Source: Bugula neritina
Taxonomy: Eukaryota; Animalia; Bryozoa
DNA length: 64,000 bases
NCBI GenBank assembly: GCA_964035545.1
Contig: OZ037767.1
Location: 3,359,680-3,423,679 of the forward strand
Direction of reading: 5' to 3'
This document shows positions 28,801 through 41,900 of the stretch, piece after piece. Both the position numbers and the translations under genes were made by a program. A model generated the notes under the pieces. The model saw only the letters and a program-made list of their open reading frames with translations, was not told the origin of the DNA and searched no databases. Position 1 is the first letter of the stretch; each line of letters starts with the position of its first letter.

Positions 28801-31800
28801 GGAAAGACGAAAGATCGATCCGAAAAGTAGAAAAATGACTGCTCGCTAAAATGTTGTCTGCTAATGAAAATGATAACTTATTGTTAATTACTAAGCAAAG
28901 TACTTAACAATCAAGATAGCCACTTTTTCAAGTGGCAAAACTTTGACTTTCAGTAAAATGATTAAGAAAACTTAATTATGTAAAATTACAGACGGTAGAA
29001 GATACAAAAAATGAGAGCATTTAAATTGAATTTAAACGACTAGTATAACGCACTGTCATTAGTTATTTGCTGCGTAATCTTAAGCCTAATAGTCCCGTAA
29101 GTTTATGAATAAGCTGCACAACAGCTAATAATTTTATATAAGCTGTCAAGCTAAAATATTAAAATCAATTATCTTAAATTGGCGAAATTAATTCATATTA
29201 AAAGCTTTACTGCGTAGAGTTTATAGCTGACGTTAAATTTTAGACTATGAAAATTTTGTTTTTCAACAGCAGTAGCTTTTATCACTCAGGTGGGTGAAAA
29301 AATTATACTAATAAAGTAGTCTTCACCTAAGAGGAGGCAACTCCGAGAGATCGATCTGACACTCTCATGGAAAAACGATCGATCTGAGCACATGTCTCAG
29401 ATCGATCTCAGCGAGATCGATCTGAGATCGGTACATGGAAAGCCCGTGATATTATATTTATATATAATTCTTTGTTAGATATTGTTACTTTTCACCTCTC
29501 TAAATAATGAATATAGTCTTACTTGAAGAAAGTAGTTGTTATGTATTGTGTGACACCTGAACCTTTAATCATGAGAAGATAACTATTAAAGGTTGACACT
29601 CTTTCAATGAGTGCAGTAGTTATTAAGTTAATGTAGGTTGTAACTAAAAAACCTGCATTTTAGAGAGAAATTCTAAACACAAACTGTGTGGGAAGACAAA
29701 CCAGGGTGGGAGTTGTCTGCTACACAGAAATGTCACATGATTACAGAAAGTTGAGGTACCATGCACTTTCACAAAACAAAAATCTGAAAAATGAAATTAA
29801 TGAATTGATTACCTCCTGCAGAAATTCTTATGCAATGATCAGTCTGAAACTCATACAAAACGATTGCGTTTTGCAGTCTGTGTAAACTTTTAGTGAGCAA
29901 TCTTTGCAGAGATTTGCTCGGCCATGCATGTGGCAGGCTCCTAGGTGAAATTACATATGAAGCAAGATGTTATGTCTTAAATTTTGCATTTCATATGCAC
30001 TTTTCAATTATCCGTAATTAATTCAATAACTTTATTCAATCTTAATAAGCTTTTTGCTCAAAAATCACATTTAATACAATCAAGCAATCACACGAAAACA
30101 GTCATAGTATGAGAAGCATCAAGCTATGATTATATTATAGGAGTGCGTTCATACAGGTGAAACTTTCCTCAGTTCTGCAATGGCCCATCAAAGCACATGA
30201 CATAAGATGCTGAGATTGATAATAAAGTGTTATTAAATGCTTATAAATATACTTATAGCATAATTGTACATGATACATATGTAAGCAAAACCCAAATAAA
30301 ATTTTGTAAGATGGTTAAAAATAACATCAATAGGCTACAAAAGACGCATAACAGCTAACACATTGTGCAAACTTGCAGTATATGCCATCAATTTTGTCTC
30401 AAACACTTCAATACCATAATTGATATCATCTTCACAACTTTTACATCTGCTTTAGCACTGCCATAATTTAAAGATTCCTAAGTGATGTTTTCTGCTTATA
30501 TATAAAAAAATACAATTATTTAGTATCACAACAGTTTAGAAGTGAGTAAACTTAGAATAACACATAGTTGAGCAATTACTTTTTTTATTTGCAACTGTTG
30601 CTATAAGGTAAAAATTGAAATAATACAAATACTTTTTTCTTAGACAATTGTAATTTGAAAAATAATTTCATCATAAGCTGGAAAACACAGAGTTAATAGA
30701 AAAGCAGCAAAATCACCCTTTGGTAAAATAAACAAACTGTTTCGAAACACTAGACTACCTTAATTAAAATTATTTACTCCCATTTATTGTGTAGATACCA
30801 ATGCTCTGCTATAATATTCAACATAATATAATCACTTAACACAGTCAACACAAAGTATTTGTGTTTAATGTTAGCACCTGATTGCACTTTCAAAAAATCT
30901 GATGTCATGTTTATTGGGTCATTTAGTACACACTCGAAATCTCCAGTTTTTAGCTATTTTTTCCAATTTAGCTGCTAATGTTTATGGGTTTTTGTTCAAA
31001 ACTAATAGCATATCAATAAATGCAACTAAATAATCAAGGTTATTTTCAATTTTGCTTGATTTCCCTTGCTTTTTCCTAATTATTTAGCTAATTTGGATTT
31101 GCAGGGACCGCATGGTTCTTTCGTGCAGGTCGCACATATATAATATTAAGTACATATATGACAATGACGTGTGCTTTAATGTTGGGGAATCCCCTCCCAG
31201 CCTTTTTGTTATGCATAATTAGAACCAGCACATAAAAATACCATGCACGTATGGTAAATTTTAATGAATTTTGAGCAAACTTTAATGTTAGCTAGGTCAT
31301 AATTTGCTGATGTATACTAATAAATGAAGTAAAATGGCTCTATTAAAAGTTACCGTTATATAACTATACAAAACCTAGACAAGTTTTTATATTTGCCTTA
31401 ACACAACCTTTGTATGATATTATATTTCGCTATACCCAATTAATTATTTCTAGTGAAAAAAGTGTAAAAAGTATAAAAATGATGTAAATAATTTATTAGC
31501 AGGGATTACACACTTCCGATATAGCTTAATATTAATATATAAAAGAGGTTAGCAAATCGCTAATTTGCTCTGCTCTAGTACGGATAAAAATAGCCGAATA
31601 CCCTAACTATATCCACCCCTTGTTTTTGTTGTTATGGTGAGTATTCAACAAATTTCTAACAAATTAAGTTAAAACAGTTGGGTGCCAAGGTGAGCCGCCA
31701 CTCAACTCTTCATAGCGTTTTTTGTTTGCTAGGGCAGAAAAAGTAATCGCTTTTAGTATCTTATAATCACCATTGAAGATCTTGCCCACTCACTGAGTAT

Positions 31801-31814
31801 AGCGCCGTATGCAG

Positions 31815-34051
31815 TTAATAAAACTCAGAGCACAAAATATACACCACCACAGAGCCTATGACCATAGTGGTAGTGGATCCTGAATTCCCAGTGTCAGCTT
31901 TGCCACATACAAACTTCTCTGTTGTGGGTTTAGGTTTTGGCTTCATTGCCGATGGTGGTTTGGCCGGAGTAGTAGTTTGTACATCCCATGTAATGTTGTA
32001 GCCCACCATTACAGCTAAAATTACATGCAGTGCAGTAGTTATGGACAGGCCCTAGAATAATTGCAGTTTTCTTATTGACTTTATAATACAAGTTTAGTTT
32101 ATTCAGAATTGCGCTAGTGGGCTAGCTGAAGCCTAAAAGGGGCATGTGGGGTAAGTAAACTGCACTGTCTTCTGAACTAAAAATAGTTAAATATATTTAA
32201 TGACCGATTAAAGTTAACTTCAACAAAAAACATGAAAGCAGCAGACACAAACAGTATTGATGATAATTGAAAAATACCTGCAAACATTTAAAAATATTCT
32301 TGGTATACTTACTGCCGAGTTTGCTATCTGTTGTGCTGACTGTGCATTTGTACAGCTCACTCATAGTTTTTTTGACATCAGCTCTAGAAACTTCTAGAAC
32401 TGGTTCAGTAGAGACCACGGTACCATTGTTCATCCATGAGTACATAATTGTCACACCATCTGGTAAGTTTCCATCCGTTGTACAGTCAAGTGCTTCAGTT
32501 CTCGCTGGATTTACAGACATATGAGACAGTTCTAGTTTATTAGATTCCAGATCTAAAAAGCCAACTTGCTATAATAAACTTCACTGCAAACATCATGTGG
32601 GAGAATATTGAAGAATCAGTTGCTAGCTCAAAACACCAGCTTTTTCAAAAAAATTGTAAGTTGATCAGCCAGAACAGATACCAACATAAGAGTGAACTGC
32701 TATTATTTCAACAGATAATGCTATAGTGACTTATTTGGTCAACTTCACATTTTTTCTGCTGAATTATAAAGTAATTTTGGAGTAGGGTAAACAAGCTAAA
32801 GAAGACAGACTCCGATAATATTGGTTTTTTTCTATTGCTATTAGGTGGTATAATTCTAGTAAAATTGTTTCTGGCAATCTTCATGTCAAAAAGGCTCTAT
32901 AAAATTATGGTTACAAAGTTAAAGCTAATTTATCATGGCACTAGAACTGCAAAAGTCAGATAAGTTAAGAAGTAAAGACAGTCTGCTTACAGAATACAGT
33001 GATTTGCTTCTCCTGGGAGGTCAGGCTGCTCTGTCCACCATTATAGTTGACATGGGTTTCATCAACACATTTGAAAACACTTCCATCATCGGCTGGACCA
33101 ACTTCATAGGATGGTTCTTCTTGTAGTGCTATTCCATTTTTCTCTAAAACATTTCAGCCAACTTCACATCAAACTTATCTCTATTAATGAACACATTGGC
33201 AATTACTTTTCAATATGATGCTGATAAAAGTGTCAAAAAAAACATTGTTAATCTATAATTCAATTTAAAATCCTTTAAGGCTGCCACCCATTTTGAACCA
33301 GGAAGCAGTAAAATAGTATAACATGCTCTTTTTTCAGCAGTTGCTTTATTCAAACCCCATGAATTTGATCACCTATATATATTATTCAAATCCTCATTTC
33401 TTACCATAAGAAAATATAGATGCTGGAGAACCACCTTGAGATTGACAGACAACTCCCAGTGTGTCACCACTGTACATCATCACATCTGGAGTTATGGTCA
33501 TATCAAGCTGTGTTGGTGCAACTAAAACAGTTGACAGAATCGACTATATTATAATAGCTCCATGATGTAGAAGAAATTTCACATTTTATATTTGTGAAAA
33601 ATATTCACAAAATACTGCCTAATTAGAGGAGCTACTAAAATAAAAAAAATCAACTCAAATTTATCAATGATTTAAACAATGTCTTACTTAACATCTCACA
33701 AAATTAATACGTAAACTCGCTTATGTCTTCACTAGCTGTTTCACAGTCAGTTTAAAAAACTAAAATAATTGGCATGCTGTCAAACTGAATGCTGACAGAT
33801 TAGATACACTGAATATTAAAAGATTTTTAGCATGCAGCCAACCAAAACTGAAGCATTTGCAGAATAACTCTGTGTATAAACAATAATCAATAAACAGCAA
33901 ACAAGTGAAGTTAATAAAATAATGTAATTTCACTCTAAAAAAAGCTAAACAAGAATTAATTTGTCAACTGTTCAACTTCTTCAGTTTGGAACCAGTTGAG
34001 TGCATATGAGAGTTGACGTTTATTAACATTTTAGCTTATATTAGACAACTA

Positions 34052-34118
<67 letters not shown>

Positions 34119-34339
34119 AATCTGTGGACAGCAGCTGTTTCGGGATTTGTCCCCTCATCAGCACAGAACAGAGTACCATAGCCCACACCTTCGCAATAGT
34201 AAGACTTATAGTTTTACTAGAGCATATTTAAAAGGTGTGTAAACTCAAGCCAGAGTGCTCAAGTGACTCTAGGGGTCACCTAGGAGTCACGAGCATTGCA
34301 AAATGCCAGCAGCTTGAGTTTGTGACCATGGTGAGAGTG

Positions 34340-34429
<90 letters not shown>

Positions 34430-35465
34430 CATATAGTAATGATTAACAAAATTGACTTGATTAGCCTATCTTAAACTCACTTTTTGCATTTTTATTTTTT
34501 CTACCACTTGAACAGTTCAGCTTAAAAGACAACACATAGCAGCATAGAAATGATGCACAATTTCTGTTATTCTTACCCATCAATTGATCCACTTCTAGTT
34601 TAGAACCTGTCTCAAATACATTGCCACTGTTGAACCAAAAACAAGTATACTCTCCTATTTCTGTCAGCGTTGACTTGAGTACGATAGTTGCTGTCAGCGA
34701 GGCGCCAAGGTCACTGTAGGCAGCTTCACAATCTTCAGTTGAAACTACATTTGCATCTGCTGTGTTAACAGTTGTCAACCCTGCTGCGGTGGTAACCAAA
34801 CAGCCTTCAGCATCAGTTATAGTAGGACCGCTAACCTTTATGTAACCAAAGCCAGAGAGCGAATTATACTCATCCTGTGTCAAGGTAAACGTACAACTGA
34901 AGATTCCCTCTTCATTTTCGTAAAAGCTTGGGAAGTTAGTCGAGCTGTATATCTCTCTATCTGATATAGATTCAAATTATTTTTTAATATATGCACACCT
35001 ACTGCCCACCTAATGTATTATAGTTATGAGATTAGTAACACATAGAAGATTAGATGTTTAATTTACTTACTAAAAAAGCTGTTAGCAAAATATTGCCAAT
35101 GATAAGCTGATAATGAATTGTGGCTATAATCATCTAGTCATGTGCAATAAAAGTTTTGAGAACACGCAAAGAGAAATATTTATTATATCATAACATAACT
35201 GTTTAATTTCTATCGTAATTCATATTAAATAAATCAAAATATGTGCCCAGCAATCCCAGCAATCCTGTTTAGTTTTATCTATGACACCGAAATTGTGAAG
35301 ACAGCTTAATCAATTTCTATTAGAGTAGCATCATTAGTATCAACATGGTTTATGTGTGAACACTGCATTATATAAAATAAGCCAGGCTGGTACCATGTTT
35401 GGCTTACCTTGAGCGAATACTTGAAGAACAGATAAACACAAGACTATCCAAGTGAAAGCAGACAT
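31815..35465 (-). CDS. Ig-superfamily protein, copy B (signal, V-like + 2 Ig domains, stalk, short hydrophobic C-terminus; GPI-anchored or secreted candidate), 6 exons, 383 aa
   Basis: Exons (minus): 35465-35408, 34960-34577, 33521-33405, 33143-32991, 32552-32313, 32014-31815. All GT-AG; 1152 nt with no internal stop or frameshift. All six canonical Ig cysteines retained. Ends ...GNSGSTTTMVIGSVVVYILCSEFY-stop. AATAAA on minus at 31497-31492. Confidence 0.78.
33525..34045. mobile_element. 521-bp unclassified insertion at the exon-3 acceptor of Ig copy B
   Basis: Absent from copy A; flanked by a direct duplication of caacta (33519-33524 / 34046-34051). Confidence 0.6.
34116..34340 (-). mobile_element. 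225-bp (TA)n-flanked hammerhead-bearing element (Penelope-like pLTR fragment / non-LTR retrozyme-like)
   Basis: GC-richer insert between two long (TA)n tracts (34054-34115, 34341-34426), absent from copy A. Several internal stems (aaactcaagc/gcttgagttt; gtgact-ctagg/cctag-g-agtcac; cacacctt/aaggtgtg). Hammerhead at its minus-strand 3' end. Confidence 0.7.
34121..34167 (-). ncRNA. Minimal type I hammerhead ribozyme
   Basis: Minus strand reads UCUGUG-CUGAUGA-GGGGACAAAUCCC-GAA-ACAG-CUG-CUGU-C-CACAGA. This gives a 6-bp stem I, complete CUGAUGA and GAAA core, stem II, short stem III and a GUC cleavage triplet (cut between 34127 and 34126). Confidence 0.85.
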
Positions 35466-38459
35466 GGTTAAAACTTGTTGGAAACTGATGTATAACCTCA
35501 GTAGAAACGACAGACACTAAAGCAACACTGGATTCCTTGGAGTTGATAATAATGTGTTCTGTGTGCACTGTTTCTATATTGCGTACTGCAACCGATAAAA
35601 TACTGCTGCTAGCTGATTGGCTAAGTTTAAAATAAATCGGGTTGCTGCCTAGCTATACACAAGGGAATGCAACTCCAATAATGAGGTGTTACGTAAAGCA
35701 TATACACAACTACATCTACTTTCTGAGGAAGTGATTTAGTTGGTATGTATTCAGACTTTTGTTAGAGAGCTCACTTAGTTCTCAATATATAATGAATAAT
35801 TTGTATAAAAAAATAGAAATATACTTTAAAACTATCAAAACCATTAAATATTGTTACCCTGTAAACAATATATAATACTTTAATTGAAACTTAAATGCCT
35901 ATTGATATGTTTTAGTCTTACAAAGTCATCTGTAGTTAGGAATTTTGTTTTAATTTCAATTTTTGAAAAGTTTAGTCTATCATTCTAGCAGTGTTTTGGA
36001 AGTTTAAAGGACCTATACTCCACGCTGTTAAACTTATGCACTTCTACGTTGCAAGAGTTAAAAGTTTTGTACAGCTATATGCAGAGTTAAATGGCAAACT
36101 ATTGAGCCAAAAATTACTTTGTTAATTTTATCTTTCTAATGAAATTATGAAAAACTTAGTACTGTTTTCAATAATACCCTTATTATTGTTGTTGTTGTTG
36201 TTAGTTTAGGCTATTTCTTTAAATTAAGTAGACAACTCTAAAATATACAAGCGGTATTTTGCAAATGACAGTTAAAATACTAATACATTTTATATCATTT
36301 ACAGTAGGATGTGCTATGTAAAGTTCTTTCAAGTCAAGCTAAAGCATGCTGGTTAAATAATACATTACAAAAACTGGTTCTAAGATTTTGCTATCCTTTT
36401 ATTAATCTTACCACAAATTTAATAGCCTGTGGCCTTATAAATTCCTTGCACTGATGTATCATTGTTATAATTGTTTCATGTAAGGGCTGCATACATCATT
36501 TGTTGATTACATATTGCCTTGCATGTTAAACTTTCCTTAACACACTTCCTACATTATAATAATATTATAAGAAAACAAAAGTATTTTATGCTTATATTTA
36601 AGTCTTTGTTAGATATTGTTACTTTTCATGTCTCAATTAATATAAAGAAACTGTACAGTAAAACATGTCATGTTGCTTGTATATGCGACTCTGCTTAGAG
36701 AAAATAGTTATGTATTATGTGAGAGGATAACTACCAAACTTTGACACTCCTTCAATAAGCGAAACAGTTATTACTATAAAGGATATATGCTTTTTAAAGA
36801 TAAGTTTTGAGTGCAAAACTCTGTGTGAAGACTAACCAGGTTAGGAGTTGTCTTCTACACAGAAATGTCACATGATTACAGAAAGCTGATGAGCTACTAA
36901 ATATGGATAGTAATTGGTAATTTAACATGAAAAATGAAATTGATAAATTAAATTCTTTCTGCTGAAATTTTTGTGAGGTGATCATTCAGTATGAGATTTG
37001 CACACAACAGTCGCTTTTTGCTGCCTGTGTGACTTTAGACAGCAGAAATTTACTCCATGCATGTGACAGACTTTTGAATGAAATTACACTTGAGACAAGA
37101 GACCATGTCTTGCATTTTGTATGAACCATCTGCACTTTTTAACTCTGAATAATTAATTCAATCACTTTTTGAACTTCACAATTTTTTGGTCAAAGTTACA
37201 CGTTATAGTACAATGAAATTAATGCAAGAAAAACAGTCATAATTTAAAAAAAGCAAAGCTATGATTAAGCAGTAAGAATATCATAAAATCAAGAGGTATG
37301 ACATATCTAGGCAACTCCCACACATTAAATACCTCTGCGTGCCATTCTGTAAAATAGTTTTATGAAAGAACTTGTGGTTATCTCATACATATACCCTGCA
37401 TGTATAATAAAATGGGTGATTGCCCATATATTGTAGCATATGCCCGGTTGAGTAAAACCACTCAAAAAGTCGTCAGTTTTGATCACTTGTCTCAGAATTA
37501 TGTTTGTCTAGTAGATTACAAATACTTATAATAAGATATGGAAGCTTGGAGTAGGCATTTATAGACCACTTTACATTTTATAGCAGGTGTACTAGCTAAA
37601 AATACTGTAGAAAAATATGTAAAATATCAAGTTATATTAATACTACTATAATCGTGTTTCATTAGCTGTATATATGGTGATTTATAGACCTCATTCTCAT
37701 AAAGATCTTGCAATTTTTTCATGATTTTACTATTTATGCAAATGTAGAAACAAAAATTGCAAAATTCTAACAAAATAAGTACCCATCTCTCGAAAAGGGT
37801 AACCAAATAAAAAAGTTTATATTAAATTTAATTAAACTTCAGATTTTCATTTATGTGTTATTTTAAGCTGTTTCCACGTTGCTGCTGGCAGATTTATACT
37901 TATCCTAAAAGAATAGCCCATAATATTACATATTTACATCTATATTGCATATATACTTTTACTAAAGTATTTCTGCAAATATTAACATAATGAATGAGTT
38001 ATCTGTGATATCAAACTTCTAGTGGTGTATTCAGTTTCAAACACTTTCCTGCATGATTGTTTCTTATGACGACATTGAACTCTGATCATTCACCAGCATA
38101 ACTAACTGTGCTAAAAATGGAGACACTGATGCGTGTTGATGTACAACAGGATTTGTTGCAATACTACTTTCTGCATCACTGAGTTTCATATCATCCGTAG
38201 CCAATAGCACATTCTCTTATTAAATCTAATAAGTAGAGTCACATTTGAAATCTGTTGACAGACCGAAAGTTCATTCAATGTAAGTACATGCTTTGATTGT
38301 TGTCTATAAACATTAAAACTAACAAAATTCAGACTAATTTGTGATAGATTTTGTATTCTGCGTAAATTTCTTGCAAAACTCAAGTGTGAATATTGCATTT
38401 TTCCGGAATGAATGTACGCTTGGTGAGCCATGATATGAGCCCGGTATATTAATCATATG

Positions 38460-38473
38460 GTTGCCGTGGTAAC
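38460..38473. promoter_or_regulatory. RFX X-box upstream of chitin synthase
   Basis: GTTGCCGTGGTAAC fits the X-box consensus GTNRCC-N(0-3)-RGYAAC. It is next to CCAAT motifs and ~150 bp before a likely 5'UTR donor (AAG|GTATGT near 38628). Confidence 0.5.
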
Positions 38474-38969
38474 CAATGACAGCTATCCATTTGCTACGTC
38501 AGAAGCCAATAGATAAAAAGCATTGAATCTGTTTTTCCAGACCAGCTTGATAACTCTTTACCACCGGAGAGCAGTTCATTTTACTAACTAACCCAACGAC
38601 TGCAATTACTTCTGAATTTAAATTAAGGTATGTAAAACTTGTAGCATTCATTAACTTTCTTAGGCACACTCTTTTTTGCCCTTCCTTACAAACTATAACA
38701 AAAGGAAGCAATATTAATTACTCGCTAATGACTCCATTATGTTATGTAAAATTTTGCTGTGAACTTGTTGCCTAGTGTATAACCCGATATGAATAATTAA
38801 AAATGATAAATCTCTTGCACGAGAAGGAAATATTATCCGTCATTTGGTAACATGTTACTTTGTATGCCACATTCATTCTCTCTACAGTGTTTTTGTTTTT
38901 GACGCATGTTTATATCATCTTGACATCTTGTAAACCCTAAGAAATACAAAATTTTGAAACTGTGAAGTA

Positions 38970-41900
38970 ATGGAATCACCAAAAACTTTAGTTATAGAGA
39001 CATACAACCAATTGCCAAGTCAGAAGTTTCCCAAAGTCACACCGAGATCTACTCCTACTGGAACCGACAATCCAGTGTACATTATTGAGGCTACAACTAC
39101 AGATCAAATGTCTCATGCACCGGGACGGGGCCCGGCCCCCCTACCTCGTTTGTCAGGATCTAACTCTTCTAGTGACGATGACCGATCGTAAGTGTAAATT
39201 ATAAAAAGTGATTGAGCTGTAAAATATTCATTTATAGATGATTTGGCATGGTTTTTAGATAATGTGTAGTCTAACAAAACAAACTACTTTAGAGACTGAA
39301 GTCTATCTAGAATTTCAGTTATGTACTCTTTGCTCAATACTTTATGTTCTACATTTGATTGTATCTTGCACCTTATACCTTTGGCTTATGTACCTTATAT
39401 ATACCAGGTATTTGCACAACTAGAATTGTAGGGGTAGAAGTATTAGCTACTGTAATAATTTTATTGTGTCAAGAACTTATTCATCTTCATTCATTATAAA
39501 TTGGGCTTGCTGTTTAAAGGAAAACTCAGTTTTAGGGCACGTCTAAGCTGCATTCACTTGTATAAAATTGATTTACATACAAGTATGATTATTTACACAT
39601 CCGGCTGCTATAATGCAACAGTAGATTGATTACCAAATCTAAATTATTGAGGTCACATTTCATGAACACACAAACATCTACTGCCGTGAAGTTTTTGCAT
39701 GTAACCCAATCCGTAACAGAGAGTACTAATGTTTACACCAGATAGCACTCTTCTTTCTGGTTCACTGAGTCTAGACTCTAGCGGCTTGTGCCTGTCATGG
39801 CGGCTCCCAATGTCTCACTTCTTATGATTCATTCTTGCCTTTTCCAGCAACCTATTTCACAATACCAATTAAACAGTAATTCAGCTTGTGGGTGAACTGT
39901 AACGCAAAGTGGATGGGAAACTGAAGATATTGAAATTAGTGTGGGATTAATGGTACACACGTCTAACATATAAATAATTCAGCATTAATTTCCTAATTTA
40001 TATGGAAGAAATTATTTAATTCAGCCTGTTATAAGAAGGGCTTTTAATATATAATGCCCCTTTACATTATAAGTTATTATATTTTTAGACAATAGATACA
40101 CAGGACACTGTTTGAATTAATATATCATATTATAATATCAAAATATATTATAATGTTATAATTTATATGATAATAATATATTATAACACAGTATAATTCG
40201 TAAAAAAGTATTACATTGTTATTTCAAATTATTTGCCACAGAGAAGAACCAACTACCCCCCTCCTTTCTGAACAGAAGCCTTTTCCTTCCTCCAACAAAA
40301 GAGCATCTAATATCAGTGGCGTCAAAACTGCCAACTTTGCAGTAAAGGAAGACAAACCCGAGAGACCAGAAAAAGGTGGTAAGTCAACCTTTCTGATCCT
40401 TTTCTCTGTCAGATGTTGGGTGAAGCTGATAGTAGAAGGTGCTGGATGTGATTAGAGGGTTCTTAAGACTAAGTTGATAAGAAATTAACCAGAAGGAAAA
40501 CCTAATAACATGTCCTGGTATAAATCTATGCATTACAATAACATGATTGACCCAGTTTAACAAGCAGATATGCAATGGGAAGTCGTCAGATAAAGCAAGT
40601 GCTATTTCATACAATTATTTCCCTCTCCAGCACTGCAAGCTGAATAATGTTGTTTATCTGAAAGTATACAGCATAATTTGCACAAAACTGGTGCAATTCT
40701 TAGAATTTATATATGATTCAACAAGTTTTAGAATATTGTTTTCTTTAGTTTGTAAATTGACTTGGAACTAAGTTTTTTTTTTATTTTAAAGTGAAGTTTC
40801 TAAACAAAGTTTATTGGAAAACATAAAGATCTGTTGTTGCTACAAACCTGTTTTTTAAGTCTTTTCACACTTGGCACTTGTTCATATAATTTTAAGTTTG
40901 AGATTTAGTAACTCTTGCCAGCATAGTAGTGAGATTTATTGTGCCCTGTAAAGGTATACTCTACCATGTAGAAAGATAAGAATATGCTTGAGAAAATGAC
41001 ATTATTTTACGTTATGCATTAAACTATATAGCAGCACATCTTCCCATAATATTTAATTTTTTTCTAATAAAGATATGCATTTTGGCAAACATCAAGTTTT
41101 CGATACAAAACTGCTAAGCAGCAGGCTATTAATAGATGAAAGCAGCATTTGGAGTTGTCTCACCCATGACCCTAAATCAAAAACCATTTTCAAAACTACT
41201 GGAGTTAGCTAAAATAGAACTCGTCTGCAATATGGTGAAAATCGGAAGCTACTATCAATGTGATGGACCTCTACCATCTTTAGACAAAGTCTAATTAAAG
41301 GCATTTGAACTGCAGGTTATTCCTCTTCACATTGACTGTGATCTGTGCATCACTTATCTCAATGAGTGGGGAGGGTGCATCCCCACCCACCACCATCTTG
41401 CCTAGACTTACTATCTCCACATTTTCTGGTTGAGCATTGACCTAGTAATCTTCTGTTACATAACAAGAGATTACTTTACAATAAATATCTGATCACTGAC
41501 TGCTCCAGGAACTCTTGTCCAACATTCAGCTAGTAGGATGTTGTGGCCAGAATAACACCAGAATCAATTTCTGTTAAATACTATACAATATTAAAATTTT
41601 TGCATATTATTAACTATAATTGAATTGGCAATCTTCCTTTTCAGTATTGCATTCCTAAGTGACATATTGTGTTGTGGGTAAAGGCAACTACTATGCAACT
41701 GGCCACTGGCTCCACCTAGTATGGTTATAATTAAAATAACAACACTGCCTATTTCGCAATATGATGCAATAGAAAACAACTCCTATTATTGTATTGCAAT
41801 ATTCCATGCTCAAGAGTTTGAGATAGTGATGTGCTAGGTTTGTTACGAGATACTCATGAAATTAGTAAATCAATTAAAATTTTAATCTTAAAATGTAAGA

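Noticed and set aside
35465-38970. Functional link between the V-domain genes and the divergently oriented chitin synthase (VCBP-like chitin immunity)
   Set aside because: Neither Ig protein has a chitin-binding domain, and adjacency alone is not evidence.
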